DNA of 63,037 bases, counting the filler, from Chiloscyllium plagiosum (lineage: Eukaryota): the NCBI RefSeq assembly GCF_004010195.1. It is 4 parts of one record of this genome, joined end to end, with 100 filler letters (N's around TTAATTAATTAA, not from the genome) between each part and the next. Parts side by side here need not be neighbours in the genome. Positions count along the whole stretch, not along the records: positions 1 to 23,154 come from NC_057710.1; positions 23,255 to 40,604 come from NC_057710.1; 2 more parts are not named here. The stretch is one strand, 5' to 3'. The notes beneath the pieces were generated by a model. That model saw only the letters and a program-made list of their open reading frames with translations, was not told where the DNA came from and made no database searches. Positions within the stretch are counted from its first letter, which is position 1. Each line of letters starts with the position of its first letter. Shown piece after piece: positions 12,478-24,285 of this stretch. A program made the position numbers and the translations under genes.

Positions 12478-13360
12478 AGAGGTTTTGAAAAGTTTTGTAG
12501 CTCGAGTTGTGGATGAGGTTGTAGATTCGTTCGCTGAGCTGGTGTGGTTTTCTGCAGACGTTTTGTCGCCTCGTTAGGTGACATCATCAGTATATCTTCA
12601 ATACAGTGTTGGTGGTCTGCCCCGCCTGGTATTTATGTTTCCTTATTTTTTTGGGACTTCCAGTTCTGTATCTGAGTGGTTTGTAAATGGGGTCCAGTTC
12701 AATGTGTTCATTGATTGAGTTCCAGTTGAAGTGTCAGGCTTCAAGGAATTCCCTTGTGTTTCTCTGTTTAGCCTGCGCTGGGATGGTTATATTGTGCCAG
12801 TTGAATTGGTGTCTTTTGGTGTCTGTGTGGTTGGAAATGAGAGAGTACTTGTTATGTTTGGCAATGGCGAGTTGATGTTTATGTACTCGTATGGTCAGTT
12901 TTCCTCCTGTTTGTCCTATTTAGTGTTTTTCACAGTCCTTGCAGGGTATCTTGGAAATAACGTTAGTCCTGTTGTATGTAGGTGCTGGGTCTTTTAGGTT
13001 TGTGAGGAGCTGGTGAAAGGTATTTGCTGGTTTGTGGGCCACTAAGATTCCTAGAGGCCCAAGTAGTTGGGTAGTCATTTCTGATATTTCTTTAATGTAT
13101 GGTGTGATCACTATTTGTCTGGTTGTGTAGTTTTTTCTTCTTTAAGTTTGTTGCATAATTATTGGAGGATAGTGTTCTTGGAGTACCTGTTTGTTTAAGT
13201 CCCTTGAATAGATGTTCCTGTTCTGCCCTCTGAAGTTCTGGATTGCTGCAGTGTGTCCTTGTCTGTTTAAATAGTGTTGCAATGCAGCATTATTTGTAGG
13301 AGCTGGGATGATTGCTGTTACAGTTCAGTATCTGGTCTGTATGGGTATGCTTGTGGTGAA
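12478..13360 (-). mobile_element. Penelope-like element 3' part (GIY-YIG region) with terminal hammerhead motif at 12557-12590
   Basis: ORF ITPYIKEISEMTTQLLGPLGILVAHKP...KIPCKDCEKH; minus-strand CTGATGA-T-GTCACCT-AACG-AGGCGAC-AAAA-CGTC. Confidence 0.8.
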
Positions 13361-14730
13361 AGTTAAACAAAGAGGCTTTGGTGTTCGCAAATGCTCAAAA
13401 TTTTGACCCAGGCATATCTTCAAGTCAGAGTAACAACAGGAGAGATTTCTGGAGGAGGGTGGTGGTGGACAGATGAAATTAAATGCCAACAAGACATGTA
13501 AGGAAACAGAATAAATACAGCATTATACTGAAAAGGTTAGATGATGTGGGAAATTAAAGATAGTATGAGATATAAGAAAGGGGTATACATATTGGTCACA
13601 AAAAGCAGCAAGCCTGAGGATTGGGAGCAGTTTAGATTTCAGCAAAGAAAGACAAAGGGATTAAAAGAGGGGGAATACAGAATACAAAAGTAAGCTTGTG
13701 GGGAACATCAGAAACAGTAGAAGCTATTATAGGGAATAAAGAGATACTGTACCAATTCAATGCACATGTTGTTTCTAGATTCAAAAAGGAGGATACAAAT
13801 AAAGCCTCAGGAATGTTGAGTAATACAGTGTTTAGTGAGAAGGGAGAAATGAAAGAAATCATTATTAGTAGGGAACTGGTGTTTAGTCAATTGATAGGAT
13901 TAAAGGCCAATATATCCCCAAGGCCCGATAATCTACATTCCAAAGAGATTAAGTAAATGGCCATAGAAATAATGGATGCATTGGTGGTCATCTTCCAAGA
14001 TTCAATAAACTCTGGACAGTTCTTACTGATTGGAGGGTAACTAATGTAACCTCATTAATTAAAAAAGGAGGTACAGAGAAAATAAGAAATTATAGACCTG
14101 ACATCAGTAGTACGGAAATGCTAGCATCCATTATAAAAGATTTAATAGCAGAGTAGTTGGAAAACAATGACAGGATTGGGAAGAGTCATCATGGATTAAC
14201 AAAGGGGAAATTATGCTCAACAAATCTACTGGAACTATTTGAGGCTGTAACTAGTAGAGTTGATAAGGGAGAGCCAATGGACATAGTTTATTTGAACTTT
14301 CAGAAAACTGTCTATAAGGTCCCATATAAGAGATTAGCATGTAAAGTTAGAGCAACAGAATTGAAAATAGTGTACTGACATAGATAGAGAGTTGTTGGCA
14401 AACAGTGAATATAGACTTGGGATAAACGGGTAATTTTCCAAGTGGCAATACACAATACATGTTTTGTTTATTTAGATGAGGGAATTAAATGTAATATCTC
14501 CAGTTTTGCAGACCACACAAGCTAAATTGTGACAAGCATGCAGAGATGCTTTGGACAACTTCAGTAGCTGGGCAAATGCATGCCAGATTAAGTATAATGT
14601 GTATAAACGTAAGTACATCCACTTTGGCAACAAAAATAGGAAGGCAGATTATCTGAATGGCTTGTACAACAGTCACTGAAAATAAACATGAAGGTGCAGC
14701 AGGCAGTGAAGACAAATTGTAAACTGACCT

Positions 14731-15875
14731 GAAAACAACATATGTTGGAGATCACAGCAGGTCAGACAGCATCCATTGAGAGACAGCAAACTAACGTTTC
14801 GAGTCTAGATGATTCTTCATCAGAGATGAAGTGAAGTGTGGAGTGTCAGCATTTGTGCTCTCGTTTCAGGGTGTGGGGGTGGGAGTGGTGAGGGTAGTGG
14901 TCGTAGGGTGCTAATGGAGAAAATATGTTGATAGTTCAGGGACACCCTAGTCCATTCCACAATCAACTCCCTCACCACAGCATCTTCCCATGTAACAGCA
15001 GACAGTACAACACCTACCCCTGCTCACCATCCAAGGGCCTCAGCAGTCTTTCCAGGTGAAGCAGCATTTCACCTGTACACCCCGATGAAGGAGCGTCGCT
15101 CCGAAAGCTAGTGTGCTTCCAATTAAACCTGTTGGACTATAACCTGGTGTTGTGTGATTTTTAACTTTGTACACCCCAGTCCAACACTGGCATCTCCAAA
15201 TCATGACTCCAATCTTGTGTATTGTATTCGCTGCACCCAATGTGGCCTGGAGAAAACAAACATAGACTGCATGACCACTTTGCGGAATACCTCTGGTTTG
15301 TGTGCAAGCAGGACCCCAACCTTCCCATAGTGAGTCATTTTAACACAGTATCCTGCTGATATGCTGTTCATGGCATGCTGCAGTGCTCCTGTGACTCACA
15401 GCACAAATTGGAAGGTCAACATCTCATCTTCAGAGGAGGCATTTTATAGCTTTCTGGACTTTATATTAAGTTCAACAACTTTATATTAAGTTAAATTGTG
15501 AACCAATTCCCATTTATTCCCTTTTTTTTAAGCTTGTTATCATGTCTTCCTCTCTCCCCATCCCACTTAACTGTCCTTTCAAGTTAGGCAGGAAACACCC
15601 CATTGTTCTGTCATTCTCATGTTCCAATCATTTAATCTGAACGATCAACACTTTTTCTCAATTAGCACCCAACACCAATGACCTCCGCACACCCTGCCAA
15701 ACTACAGAATAAACGCTGTCTCCTCCACACTTCACTTCAGCTCTGATGAAGAGTCATCTAGACTCGAAACTTTAGCTTGCTGTCTCTCCGTGGATGCTGT
15801 CTGACCCACTGTGATCTCCAGCATTTGTTAGTATCAGTACAGATTCTCGCATCTACTGTAACTTGTTCCTACACT
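14731..15875. mobile_element. Penelope-like element with inverted terminal repeat (fold-back); hammerhead motifs at 14793-14823(-), 15082-15115(+, nested insert) and 15743-15777(+)
   Basis: Ends 14731-14860 and 15710-15875 are mutual reverse complements; GIY-YIG-type DNA internally; imperfect 14-bp flanking repeat TTGTAAACTGACCT / TTGTATATTGACCT. Confidence 0.75.
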
Positions 15876-15897
15876 TTGTATATTGACCTTCAAAGTG

Positions 15898-16402
15898 TGC
15901 AGGATAGGGGACTCTGCGACCCCCCATCAGGCACTCTGCTTCCCTTCCCAAGAACAAAGACACGGAGGAGTTCGTCCAAAACTATTTATTCAATTCTGCA
16001 GAACCGGGTGTTACCTCAATGGCTTCCCACGAGGCACACACACAGATTGTAATCCCCGCACGTTATATACATGTAGGAGTGGGCGGGGCCTTCTACTGTC
16101 TCAGCCAATGAGTGTTAAAGTTCCCCACTGTCCTCCTGATGGATGAGATTATTTGGTTATTCACCCAGCCAATCAGTGTTCGAGTTCCCCGCTTCTCCCT
16201 TATATGGATGATGACGTACAGCCGTGGTTGTGGGCGGTCCCTCAGCCACGAGGAAAGCTGTTTCCATTGTTCCATTCATGAAAATCTGGGGGAGTGTCTG
16301 CTCGTGCTTACTACAGGGTAGAGAAGACTAAAATGGTGGCTTTGTACTTACTATGTGCTTACTACAGCAGTTAATGATTTAAAAATTACACCACCCCCTA
16401 CA
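15898..16402 (-). mobile_element. Solo LTR (ERV/Gypsy type), 505 bp
   Basis: Minus strand begins TGTAGG and ends CCTGCA (imperfect terminal inverted repeat); 4-bp flanks AGTG/AATG; interrupts a CR1 relic that rejoins when it is removed; CArG, CCAAT, GC and TATA boxes followed by AATAAA in U3-R-U5 order. Confidence 0.7.
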
Positions 16403-16594
16403 AATGCAAGGATACTTGAGTACAGGAGCAGTGATGTCTTACTGTATTTGTGTCAGTCCTTGCTGAGTCAACACCTGAAGTATTGTATTCAGTTTTGATC
16501 TCCTTATCTGAGGAAGGATGTTCTGGCTATAAAGGGAATGCAACACACAATTGATTCCTGGCATGGCAGGTATAGAGCACAGAAAATGGAACTT

Positions 16595-17512
16595 AGAACA
16601 GTACAGCACAGTACAGGCTATTCGGCCCTCAATCTTGTGCTGACCTTTTATACTACTCTAAGATTAAACTAATCTGCAAACCCTTCATTTTACTATCATC
16701 CATGTGGCTATCCAAGAGTCGTTTAAATGTCCCGAATGTATCTGACTCTACTACCACTGCTGGCAGTGCATTCCACACACCCACGATTCTCTGTGTAAAG
16801 AACCTCTGACATCTCCCCTAAACCTTCTTCCAATCACCTTAAACTTATGCTCCCTCATGATAGCCATTTCCTACGTGGGAAAAAGTCTCTGACTATCCAC
16901 TCTATCTATGCCTCTCATCATCTTGTCTATCTCTATTAAGTCATCTCTCACCCTTCTTCGCTCAAATGAGAAAAGCTCAAGCTCCCTCAACCTTTGTTCA
17001 TAAGACATGCCCTCCAATCCAGACAGCAACGTGGTAAATCTCCTCTGCACCCTTTCTAAAGCTTCCACATTCTTCCTATAATGAAGCAACACAATATTCC
17101 AAGTGTGGTCTAACCAGGGCTTTATGCAGCTGCAGCATAACTGAGCGGCTTTTAAACTCAATCCCCCTGCTCATGAAAGCCAACACACCATATGCCTTCT
17201 TAACAACCTAATCAACTTGGGTGGCAACTTTAAGGGATTTATGGATGTGGACCCTGAGATCCCTCTGTACCTCCACACGACCAAGATTCATGCCTTTAAT
17301 CCTGTAATCTATATTCAAATTCGACCTACAAACATGAATCACGTCACACTTTTCCAGCTTGAACTCCATCTGCCACTTCTCAGACCAGCTCTGCATCCTG
17401 TCAATGTCCCGTTGCAACCTACAGCAGCCTTTCACACTATCCACAACTCCACCAACCTTCGTGTCAGCGGCAAGCTTAGTCAGCCACCCTTCTGCTTCCT
17501 CATTCAAGTCGT
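16595..17512 (-). mobile_element. CR1 LINE 3' fragment
   Basis: ORFs MNEEAEGWLTKLAADTKVGGVVDS... and ...LERVQRRFTTLLSGLEGMSYEQRL are CR1 ORF2. Confidence 0.85.
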
Positions 17513-17514
17513 TT

Positions 17515-17840
17515 AGATTAGATTAAATTCCCCACAGTAAGGAAACAGGCCCTTTGGCCCAACAAGTCCACACCAACCCTCCGAAGAGTAACCCACCCAG
17601 ACCCATTCCCTGACCCGACACTTACCCCTGACTAATACACCTAACACTATGGGCAATTTAGCATGGCCAATTCACCCAACATGCACACCTTTGGATTGTG
17701 GGAGGAAACCGGAGAACCTGGAGGAAACTCATGATGACATGGGGAGAATGTGCAAATTCCACACAGACAGACACCCAAGGTGGGAATCGAACCTGGGTCA
17801 CTGGCGCTGTGAAACAGCAGTGCTAACCACTGAGCCACTC
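17515..17840 (-). mobile_element. HE1-like V-SINE
   Basis: Reverse complement of the tRNA head, V-domain and tail seen at 818-1077. Confidence 0.85.
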
Positions 17841-17899
17841 CTTAGAGTAGCTCAAATTTAAGTAAGCTTCCTTCTTCCTCTTGACTAGATCTTCTGCAT

Positions 17900-18550
17900 A
17901 GGTAAAAACAATGACGCAGATGCTGGAAACCAGATTCTGGATTAGTGGTGCTGGAAAAGCACAGCAGTTCAGGCAGCATCCGAGGAGCAGGAAAATCGAC
18001 GTTTCGGGCAAAAGCCCTTCATCAGGAATAGAGGCAGAGTGCCTGAAGGGTGGAGAGATAAATGNNNNNNNNNNNNNNNNNNNNNNNNNNNNNNNNNNNN
18101 NNNNNNNNNNNNNNNNNNNNNNNNNNNNNNNNNNNNNNNNNNNNNNNNNNNNNNNNNNNNNNNNNNNNNNNNNNNNNNNNNNNNNNNNNNNNNNNNNNNN
18201 NNNNNNNNNNNNNNNNNNNNNNNNNNNNNNNNNNNNNNNNNNNNNNNNNNNNNNNNNNNNNNNNNNNNCACCCCAGTTCCAAACTTCCAGCTCAGAACTG
18301 TCCCCATGACTTGTGCTACCTGCCTATCTTCTTTTCCACCTATCCACTCCACTCTCCTCTCTGACCTATCACCTTCATCCCCTCCCCCACTCACCTATTG
18401 TACTCTATGCTACTTTCTCCCCACACCCACCCTCCTTTCATTTATCTCTCCACCCTTCAGGCACTCTGTCTCTATTCCTGATGAAGGGCTTTTGCCCGAA
18501 ATGTCGATTTTCCTGCTCCTCGTTTGCTGCTTGAACTGCTGTGCTCTTCC
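17900..18550. mobile_element. Fold-back PLE terminus insert (internal gap 18065-18268)
   Basis: Inverted arms; 13-bp AGATCTTCTGCAT at 17887-17899 and 18551-18563. Confidence 0.8.
17994..18029 (-). ncRNA. Intact minimal hammerhead motif on the SFXN5 pre-mRNA strand
   Basis: Minus strand reads ATTC-CTGATGA-A-GGGC-TTTT-GCCC-GAAA-CGT-C-GATT. Confidence 0.7.
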
Positions 18551-21151
18551 AGATCTTCTGCATCTCTTGTCACCCAAAGTTCTTACATCCCACCATCCCT
18601 TCCTTACCTCAGTGTGTCAAGCCTATCCAGCACTCGCAGCAAGTGCTCCCTAAACAACCTCCACATTTCTGAGATGCATTTCCCTGGGAATATCTGCTCT
18701 CAATTCATGAAGAGAGGTTGGTTGGGACTATATTTGTTGGAGTTTAGAGGCTGCCTTTTTTTAAGTTTGCCAAGGAAAAAACATTGCGCCTCCGGAAACG
18801 GCGTGTCGGAGTTTACTTTCCTGATTGTGTTTTCTTTACGCATCTATTTAATGTGGCTTCTTTCTGATCAGCGATTTAATAAGTTTTCTTAATATGCTGA
18901 TTAGAATGATTATTTCCCATACGAAGTGCTGTATTGATTAAAACAGGGTGGTGTACTTGCGTGTTTTGTAAATAGTGTTGCAAGCATTAATATGATCTAT
19001 CAAAATCACAGAGAGCAGAGGTCCCAAACCTGATCCCTGTGGAACACCACTGGTCACCCAGCTCCAAGCTGAGTACTTTCCATCTACTACCACCCTCTGA
19101 ATTCTCTGGGCCAGCCAATTCTGTATCCAGACAGCCAAATTTCGCTGTGTCCCAGATCTCCTTACTTTCTCAATGAGTCTACCATGGAGAACCTCATCAA
19201 ACACCAAGGTAAAATCCATATAATCCACATCCACTGCTCTATCTTTATCAATGTGTTTGTTACATCCTCAAAACATTCAATAAGGCTTGTGAGGCATTAC
19301 CAGCCTCTCACAAAGCCATGTTGACTATCTCTAATCAAACCATCCTTTTCCAAATAATCATAAATCCTGTCTGTCAGAATCGTCTCTAATAATTTGCCGA
19401 CCACTGATCTTTTTCCCAGGGTTATCCCTAATCCCTTTCTTAATAAGGGATTAACATTTGCGACTCTCCAATCATCTGATACTATTCCTGTGGACAGTGA
19501 AGATGCAAAAATCATTGCAAAGGTTCAGTAATCCCTTCCTCGCTTCCCATATAACCTTGGGTATATCTTGTCTGACCCAGGGGACTTATCTGCTCTCATG
19601 TTTTCAAAATTTCCAGCACATCCTCCTTCTTAACATCAAAATGTTTAACATATCAGCCTGTTTCGCGCTGTCCTCACAAGTGACAAGGTCCCTCTCACCA
19701 GTGAATATTGAAGTGAATACTGTATTCATTGAGGACCTCCCCTACCTCCTCCAACTCTAGGCCCAAGTTCCCTGATTGATCCTACGCTCATGCTGGCCAT
19801 CCTCTTTTTCCTCAGATAACTGTAGAATGACTTGGGGTTTTCCGTAATTATACCCGCTAAAGAGCCCCCTTCTAGCTCTTGTAACCCTCTCAAGCCCTGT
19901 CTGATCTTTGCTTCCTCAAACTTAAGTAAGCTTCCTTCTTCCTCTTGACTAGATCTTCTGCATCTCTTGTCATCCAAGGCTCTTTCATCCTACTATTCCT
20001 TCCTTACCTCAGTGAGACAAACCTATCCAGCACTCGCAGCAAGTGCTCCCTAAACAACCTCCACATTTCTGACATGCATTTCCCGGAGAATATCTGTTCC
20101 CAATTTATGAAGAGAGATTGGCTGAGTCTATATCTGTTGGATTTTAGGAGAACAGGAATGGGGGTGGTGATGGTGGTGGTGGCAAACACAGGATGTTCCT
20201 AATGACCAAGCAGTCCAGAATCAGGGGACAAAGTCTAAGGATAATGGGTAAAAAGTGAGGACTGCAGATGCTGGAGATCAGAGCTGAAGAATGTGTTGCT
20301 GGAAAAGCGCAGCAGGTCAGGCAGCATCCAAGGAGTAGGAGAATCGATGTTTCGGGCATAAGCCCTTCTTCAGGATAATGGGTAGGCCATTTAGGACTGA
20401 AATGAAGAGAAATTCCTTCACCCAGAGAATGGTGAAGCAGTGGCATAGAAAACGGTTGAGGCAAAAACATTGAATGTTTTCAAGGAGTTCAATATACTGC
20501 TTAGGACTAAATGGGTCCAAGGGATTGGGAGAAAGCAGGAATAGGGTTTTGACTCAGCAACAATCATATCGAATCCCAGGCTTGAAGAGCTAAATGGTTT
20601 ACTCCTGCTCCTAATTTCTATGTTTTTATGAAGAGGGATGACAGGACATCAGTGTGAAGTATAAACACCAACACCGACAGCTGGGAGAAATCAGCAATTT
20701 CCGTGACATAAACTCCACCTAATTCTATTTAAAATGTCATTTATTCTTTGGACCATCCATTTTACATACAGTTTTACATTTTTCACATTTGTGGACTTAA
20801 CTTGAGAGACTGGAAAAAGGATACATTGAAAACAAGTCAAAGTATGAAATAAACCATATATTCCACAATCATTCATCAGCACATTCTATAAAGCATAAAC
20901 ATGGGAAATGCTTCGAAGTTTTGAACCCAGACTGGGAAAAACAAAGAACTTTGAATACGCCAAGTGTAGAGAGAAAGTTAGTCAAGCTCATTAGTTGAAC
21001 AGTTCTGAGAATACTTTTGGTGGCTAAAAGATGGTGTTGCCATGCCTTGATAGGGTTTAGGCACTGATTCAGCCCAAAACAATCATGCACGCTGAACAAC
21101 TTGCATAAATGATATAATCAATCACTCCTAAAATGTGATCAAACAAATTTT

Positions 21152-21460
21152 GATTAGATTAGATTACTTACAGTGTGGAAACAGGCCCTTTGGCCCAACA
21201 TGTCCACACCGACCCGCCGAAGCACAACCCACCCAGACCCATTCCCCTACACCTAACACTACGGGCAATTTAACTTGGCCAATTCACCTTAACCTGCTCA
21301 TTTTTGGATTGTGGGAGGAAACCGGAGCACCCGGAGGAAACCCACACAGACACGGGGAGAACGTGCAAACTCCACACAGTCAGTCACCTGAGGCGGGAAT
21401 TGAACCCGGGTCTCTGGCGCTGTGAAGCAGCAGTGCTAACCACTGTGCCACTGTGCCGCC
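21152..21460 (-). mobile_element. HE1-like V-SINE
   Basis: Full reverse-complement copy including the (AGATT)n tail. Confidence 0.85.
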
Positions 21461-21479
21461 CTAATATTCACCTTTTTAG

Positions 21480-21840
21480 ATATTCACTCATGGGGATTGG
21501 GCTTTGCTAGTTGGTCAGCATTTATTGCCCATCCCTAGTTGGCTTTGAACTGAGTGGTTTGCTTGGCCTTTTCAGAGAGCAGCTGAGAGTCAACCACATT
21601 GCTGAAGATCTGGAGTCACATATAGGCCAGACCAGGTGAGTTTGGCAGATTTCCTTCCCTGAAGGAATTAGTGAACCAGATGGGTTTTTCTGACAACCAA
21701 CAATGGTTTCATAGTAGATGCTTAATTCCAGGTTAACTAAATTCAAAATGCAACCATTTGCCGTGGTGGGATTGGAACCCAGGTCCCCAGAGCATTTCTG
21801 GATTAATAATCCAGCAATAACATCAATAGGCCATCATCTC
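21480..21840 (-). mobile_element. Deu-domain tRNA SINE (SacSINE1-like); related copies at ~9930-10175, 26720-26930, 47285-47615, 55660-55890
   Basis: B-box-like GGTTCCAATCCC on minus strand; central AAAAACCCATCTGGTTCACTAAT..CTTCAGGGAAGGAAATCTGCC block; LINE-like tail GGGATGGGCAATAAATGC. Confidence 0.7.
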
Positions 21841-22168
21841 CAGTAATTAGTCACACAATTTTGCTTGCTTCACATTTGGCAATGGATAGCTAAGGTCACA
21901 TAGCCAGAATAACATTTTTTCTCATTAATTCATTGAATGGGGGAGTTGCTACCTATGCCAGCATTGCTTACTCAGCTGTGATTGCCTTAAGAAGGTTGCA
22001 CTGAGCTGGCATGTCGAACCACTCCAGTCTATTTGGTGTACTGAACAGTGTAGGAGGCCAAGCCAGGAACAATACCAGACACCAACTTGGTGAAGTTACA
22101 AAATAGCCTTACTAATGTGTCAAACGGCAGAAGGAGCAAGTGATAAATGAAGCTAAGTGATTTTACAG

Positions 22169-22330
22169 GGTAAAAACAATGACTGCAGATGCTGGAAACT
22201 AGATTCTGGATTAGTGGTGCTGGAAGAGCACAGCAGTTCAGGCAGCATCCAAGGACCTTCCTGATGAAGGGCTTTTGCCCGAAACGTCGATTTCGCTGCT
22301 CCTTGGATGCTGCCTGAACTGCTGTGCTCT
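22169..22330. mobile_element. Fold-back PLE-terminus element with an intact + strand hammerhead core at 22261-22288
   Basis: CTGATGA-A-GGGC-TTTT-GCCC-GAAA-CGTC; 13-bp CTAAGTGATTTTA at 22153-22165 and 22331-22343. Confidence 0.8.
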
Positions 22331-22869
22331 CTAAGTGATTTTATAACCAACATATCAGACCTAAGCTCTGCAGTCCTGTCACATCCAGTCATGAATGACG
22401 GTGGATAATTAAACAACTTAGTAGAGGAAAGACTCCGCAACTATCCCGGTACTCAATAATGGGTAGCATGGCACAGATCACTAGAAGCATTCGCACCAAT
22501 TTTCAGCTGGAATTGCTCAGTGGATCAGTCTTTTCTAGAGGTCCCCTGAATCACATACAGCTTTCAGCCAATTTGATTCATTCCACTTTAATCCACCAAC
22601 AATGAAAGAATGGCAATATATTTCAAAGTCAGAATTTTCAGTGGATTGGAGGGGAATTTGCAGGTGGTAGTAGTTGTTGTGCGTTTCAAAGGTGCTGTCC
22701 AAAGAACCTTAGTGACTTTCTGCAGTTCATCTTGTAGATGATGCATATTGTTGCTGCTGAGCATTGACCGAGGCAGGAGTAAATGTTTGTGATGTGGTGT
22801 CAATCCTGGATGGTGTCAAACTTCTCAAGTGTTATTGGAGCTGCACCCATCCAGGCAATTGGAGAGTAT

Positions 22870-24285
22870 TCATTTGAGTGGGAGCAGCGGCCGAGTAAAG
22901 GCGAACCCGGGTGACTACAGCTAAGGTAAAACAGTTTGTTTCAAAATTACTTACCTGTAGCGGGCAGCAGTGTTTTTTATTCTCTCTTCACAAAAAGAGC
23001 GGGAGCAGCAGAGGAAGTGACGGCAAACAGAGGGGCAGCCGGGAAGGAGAACTGAGTATAAATACTCACCCTTTAATCACCAACGGTCATTTGAGTGGGA
23101 GCAGCGGAAGTGAGGTTGGAGCGCATAGCTGGGCGGGAAGGTAAGCGATTAGTANNNNNNNNNNNNNNNNNNNNNNNNNNNNNNNNNNNNNNNNNNNNTT
23201 AATTAATTAANNNNNNNNNNNNNNNNNNNNNNNNNNNNNNNNNNNNNNNNNNNNCCGGTCGAGGTCAGAGAGTGGTGGTAGATGGTAAATATTCAGCCTG
23301 GAGCCCAGTTACAAGTGGAGTTCCGCAGGGCTCAGTTCTGGGTCCTCTGCTGTTTGTAATTTTTATTAATGACTTAGATGAGGGGGTCGAAGGGTGGGTC
23401 GGTAAATTTGCAGATGATACGAAGATAGGTGGAGTTGTGGACAGTGAGGAGGGCTGTTGTTGGCTGCAGAGGGACTTAGATATGATGCAGAGCTGGGCTG
23501 AGGAGTGGCAGATGGAGTTCAACCCTGCCAAGTGTGAGGTTGTCCATTTTGGAAGAACAAATAAGAATGCGGAATTCAGGGTTAATGGTAGGGTTCTTAG
23601 TCAGGTGGAGGAACAGAGGGATCTTGGGGTCTATGTACATAGATCTTTGAAGGTTGCCACTCAGGTGGATAGAGTTTGTAAGAAGGTCTATGGAGTATTA
23701 TCGTTCATTAGCAGAGGGATTGAATTCAAGAGTTGTGAAGTGATGTTGCAGCTGTACAGGACTTTGGTTAGGCCACAGTTGGAGTACTGTGTGCAGTTCT
23801 GGTCGCCTCACTTTAGGAAAGATGTGGAAGCTTTGGAGAGGGTGCAGAGAAGATTTACCAGGATGTTGCCTGGAATGGAGAGGGAGTCGTACGAGGATAG
23901 GTTGAGAGTTCTCGGCCTTTTCTCGTTGGAATGGCGAAGGATGAGGGGTGACTTGATAGAGGTTTATAAGATGATCAGAGGAATAGATAGAGTAGATAGT
24001 CAGAAACTTTTTCCCCGGGTACAACAGAGTGTTACAAGGGGACATAAATTTAAGGTGAAGGGTGGAAGGTATAGGGGAGATGTCAGGGGTGGGTTCTTTA
24101 CCCAGAGAGTGGTGGGGGCATGGAATGCGCTGCCCGTGGGAGTGGTAGAGTCGGAATCATTGGCGACCTTTAAGCGGCATTTGGATAGGTACATGGATGG
24201 GTACTTAATCTAGGTTAGAAGTTCGGCACAACATCGTGGGCCGAAGGGCCTGTTCTGTGCTGTATTGTTCTATGTTCTATGTTCT
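22870..24285 (+). mobile_element. Young CR1 (HER1-like) LINE: probable 5'UTR, assembly gap, intact ORF2 C-terminus and (TTCTATG)n tail
   Basis: Open 313-aa ORF 23272-24213 with GVPQGSVLGP and FADD RT motifs; the flanks rejoin into the older LINE (GGAGAGTATTC|CATCACACTCC). Confidence 0.85.
23155..23254. other. 100-bp artificial gap spacer N44-TTAATTAATTAA-N44 (also 40605-40704, 60673-60772)
   Basis: Identical 44N+12+44N structure three times. Confidence 0.95.

Noticed and set aside
23199..23210. TTAATTAATTAA palindrome repeated at 23199, 40649 and 60717
   Set aside because: Always centred in 44N+44N; an artificial six-frame-stop scaffolding spacer, not biology
23272..24213. 313-aa ORF as a domesticated host gene or retron-type RT
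   Set aside because: Ordinary CR1 ORF2 C-terminus with the typical 3' tail and many decayed relatives nearby
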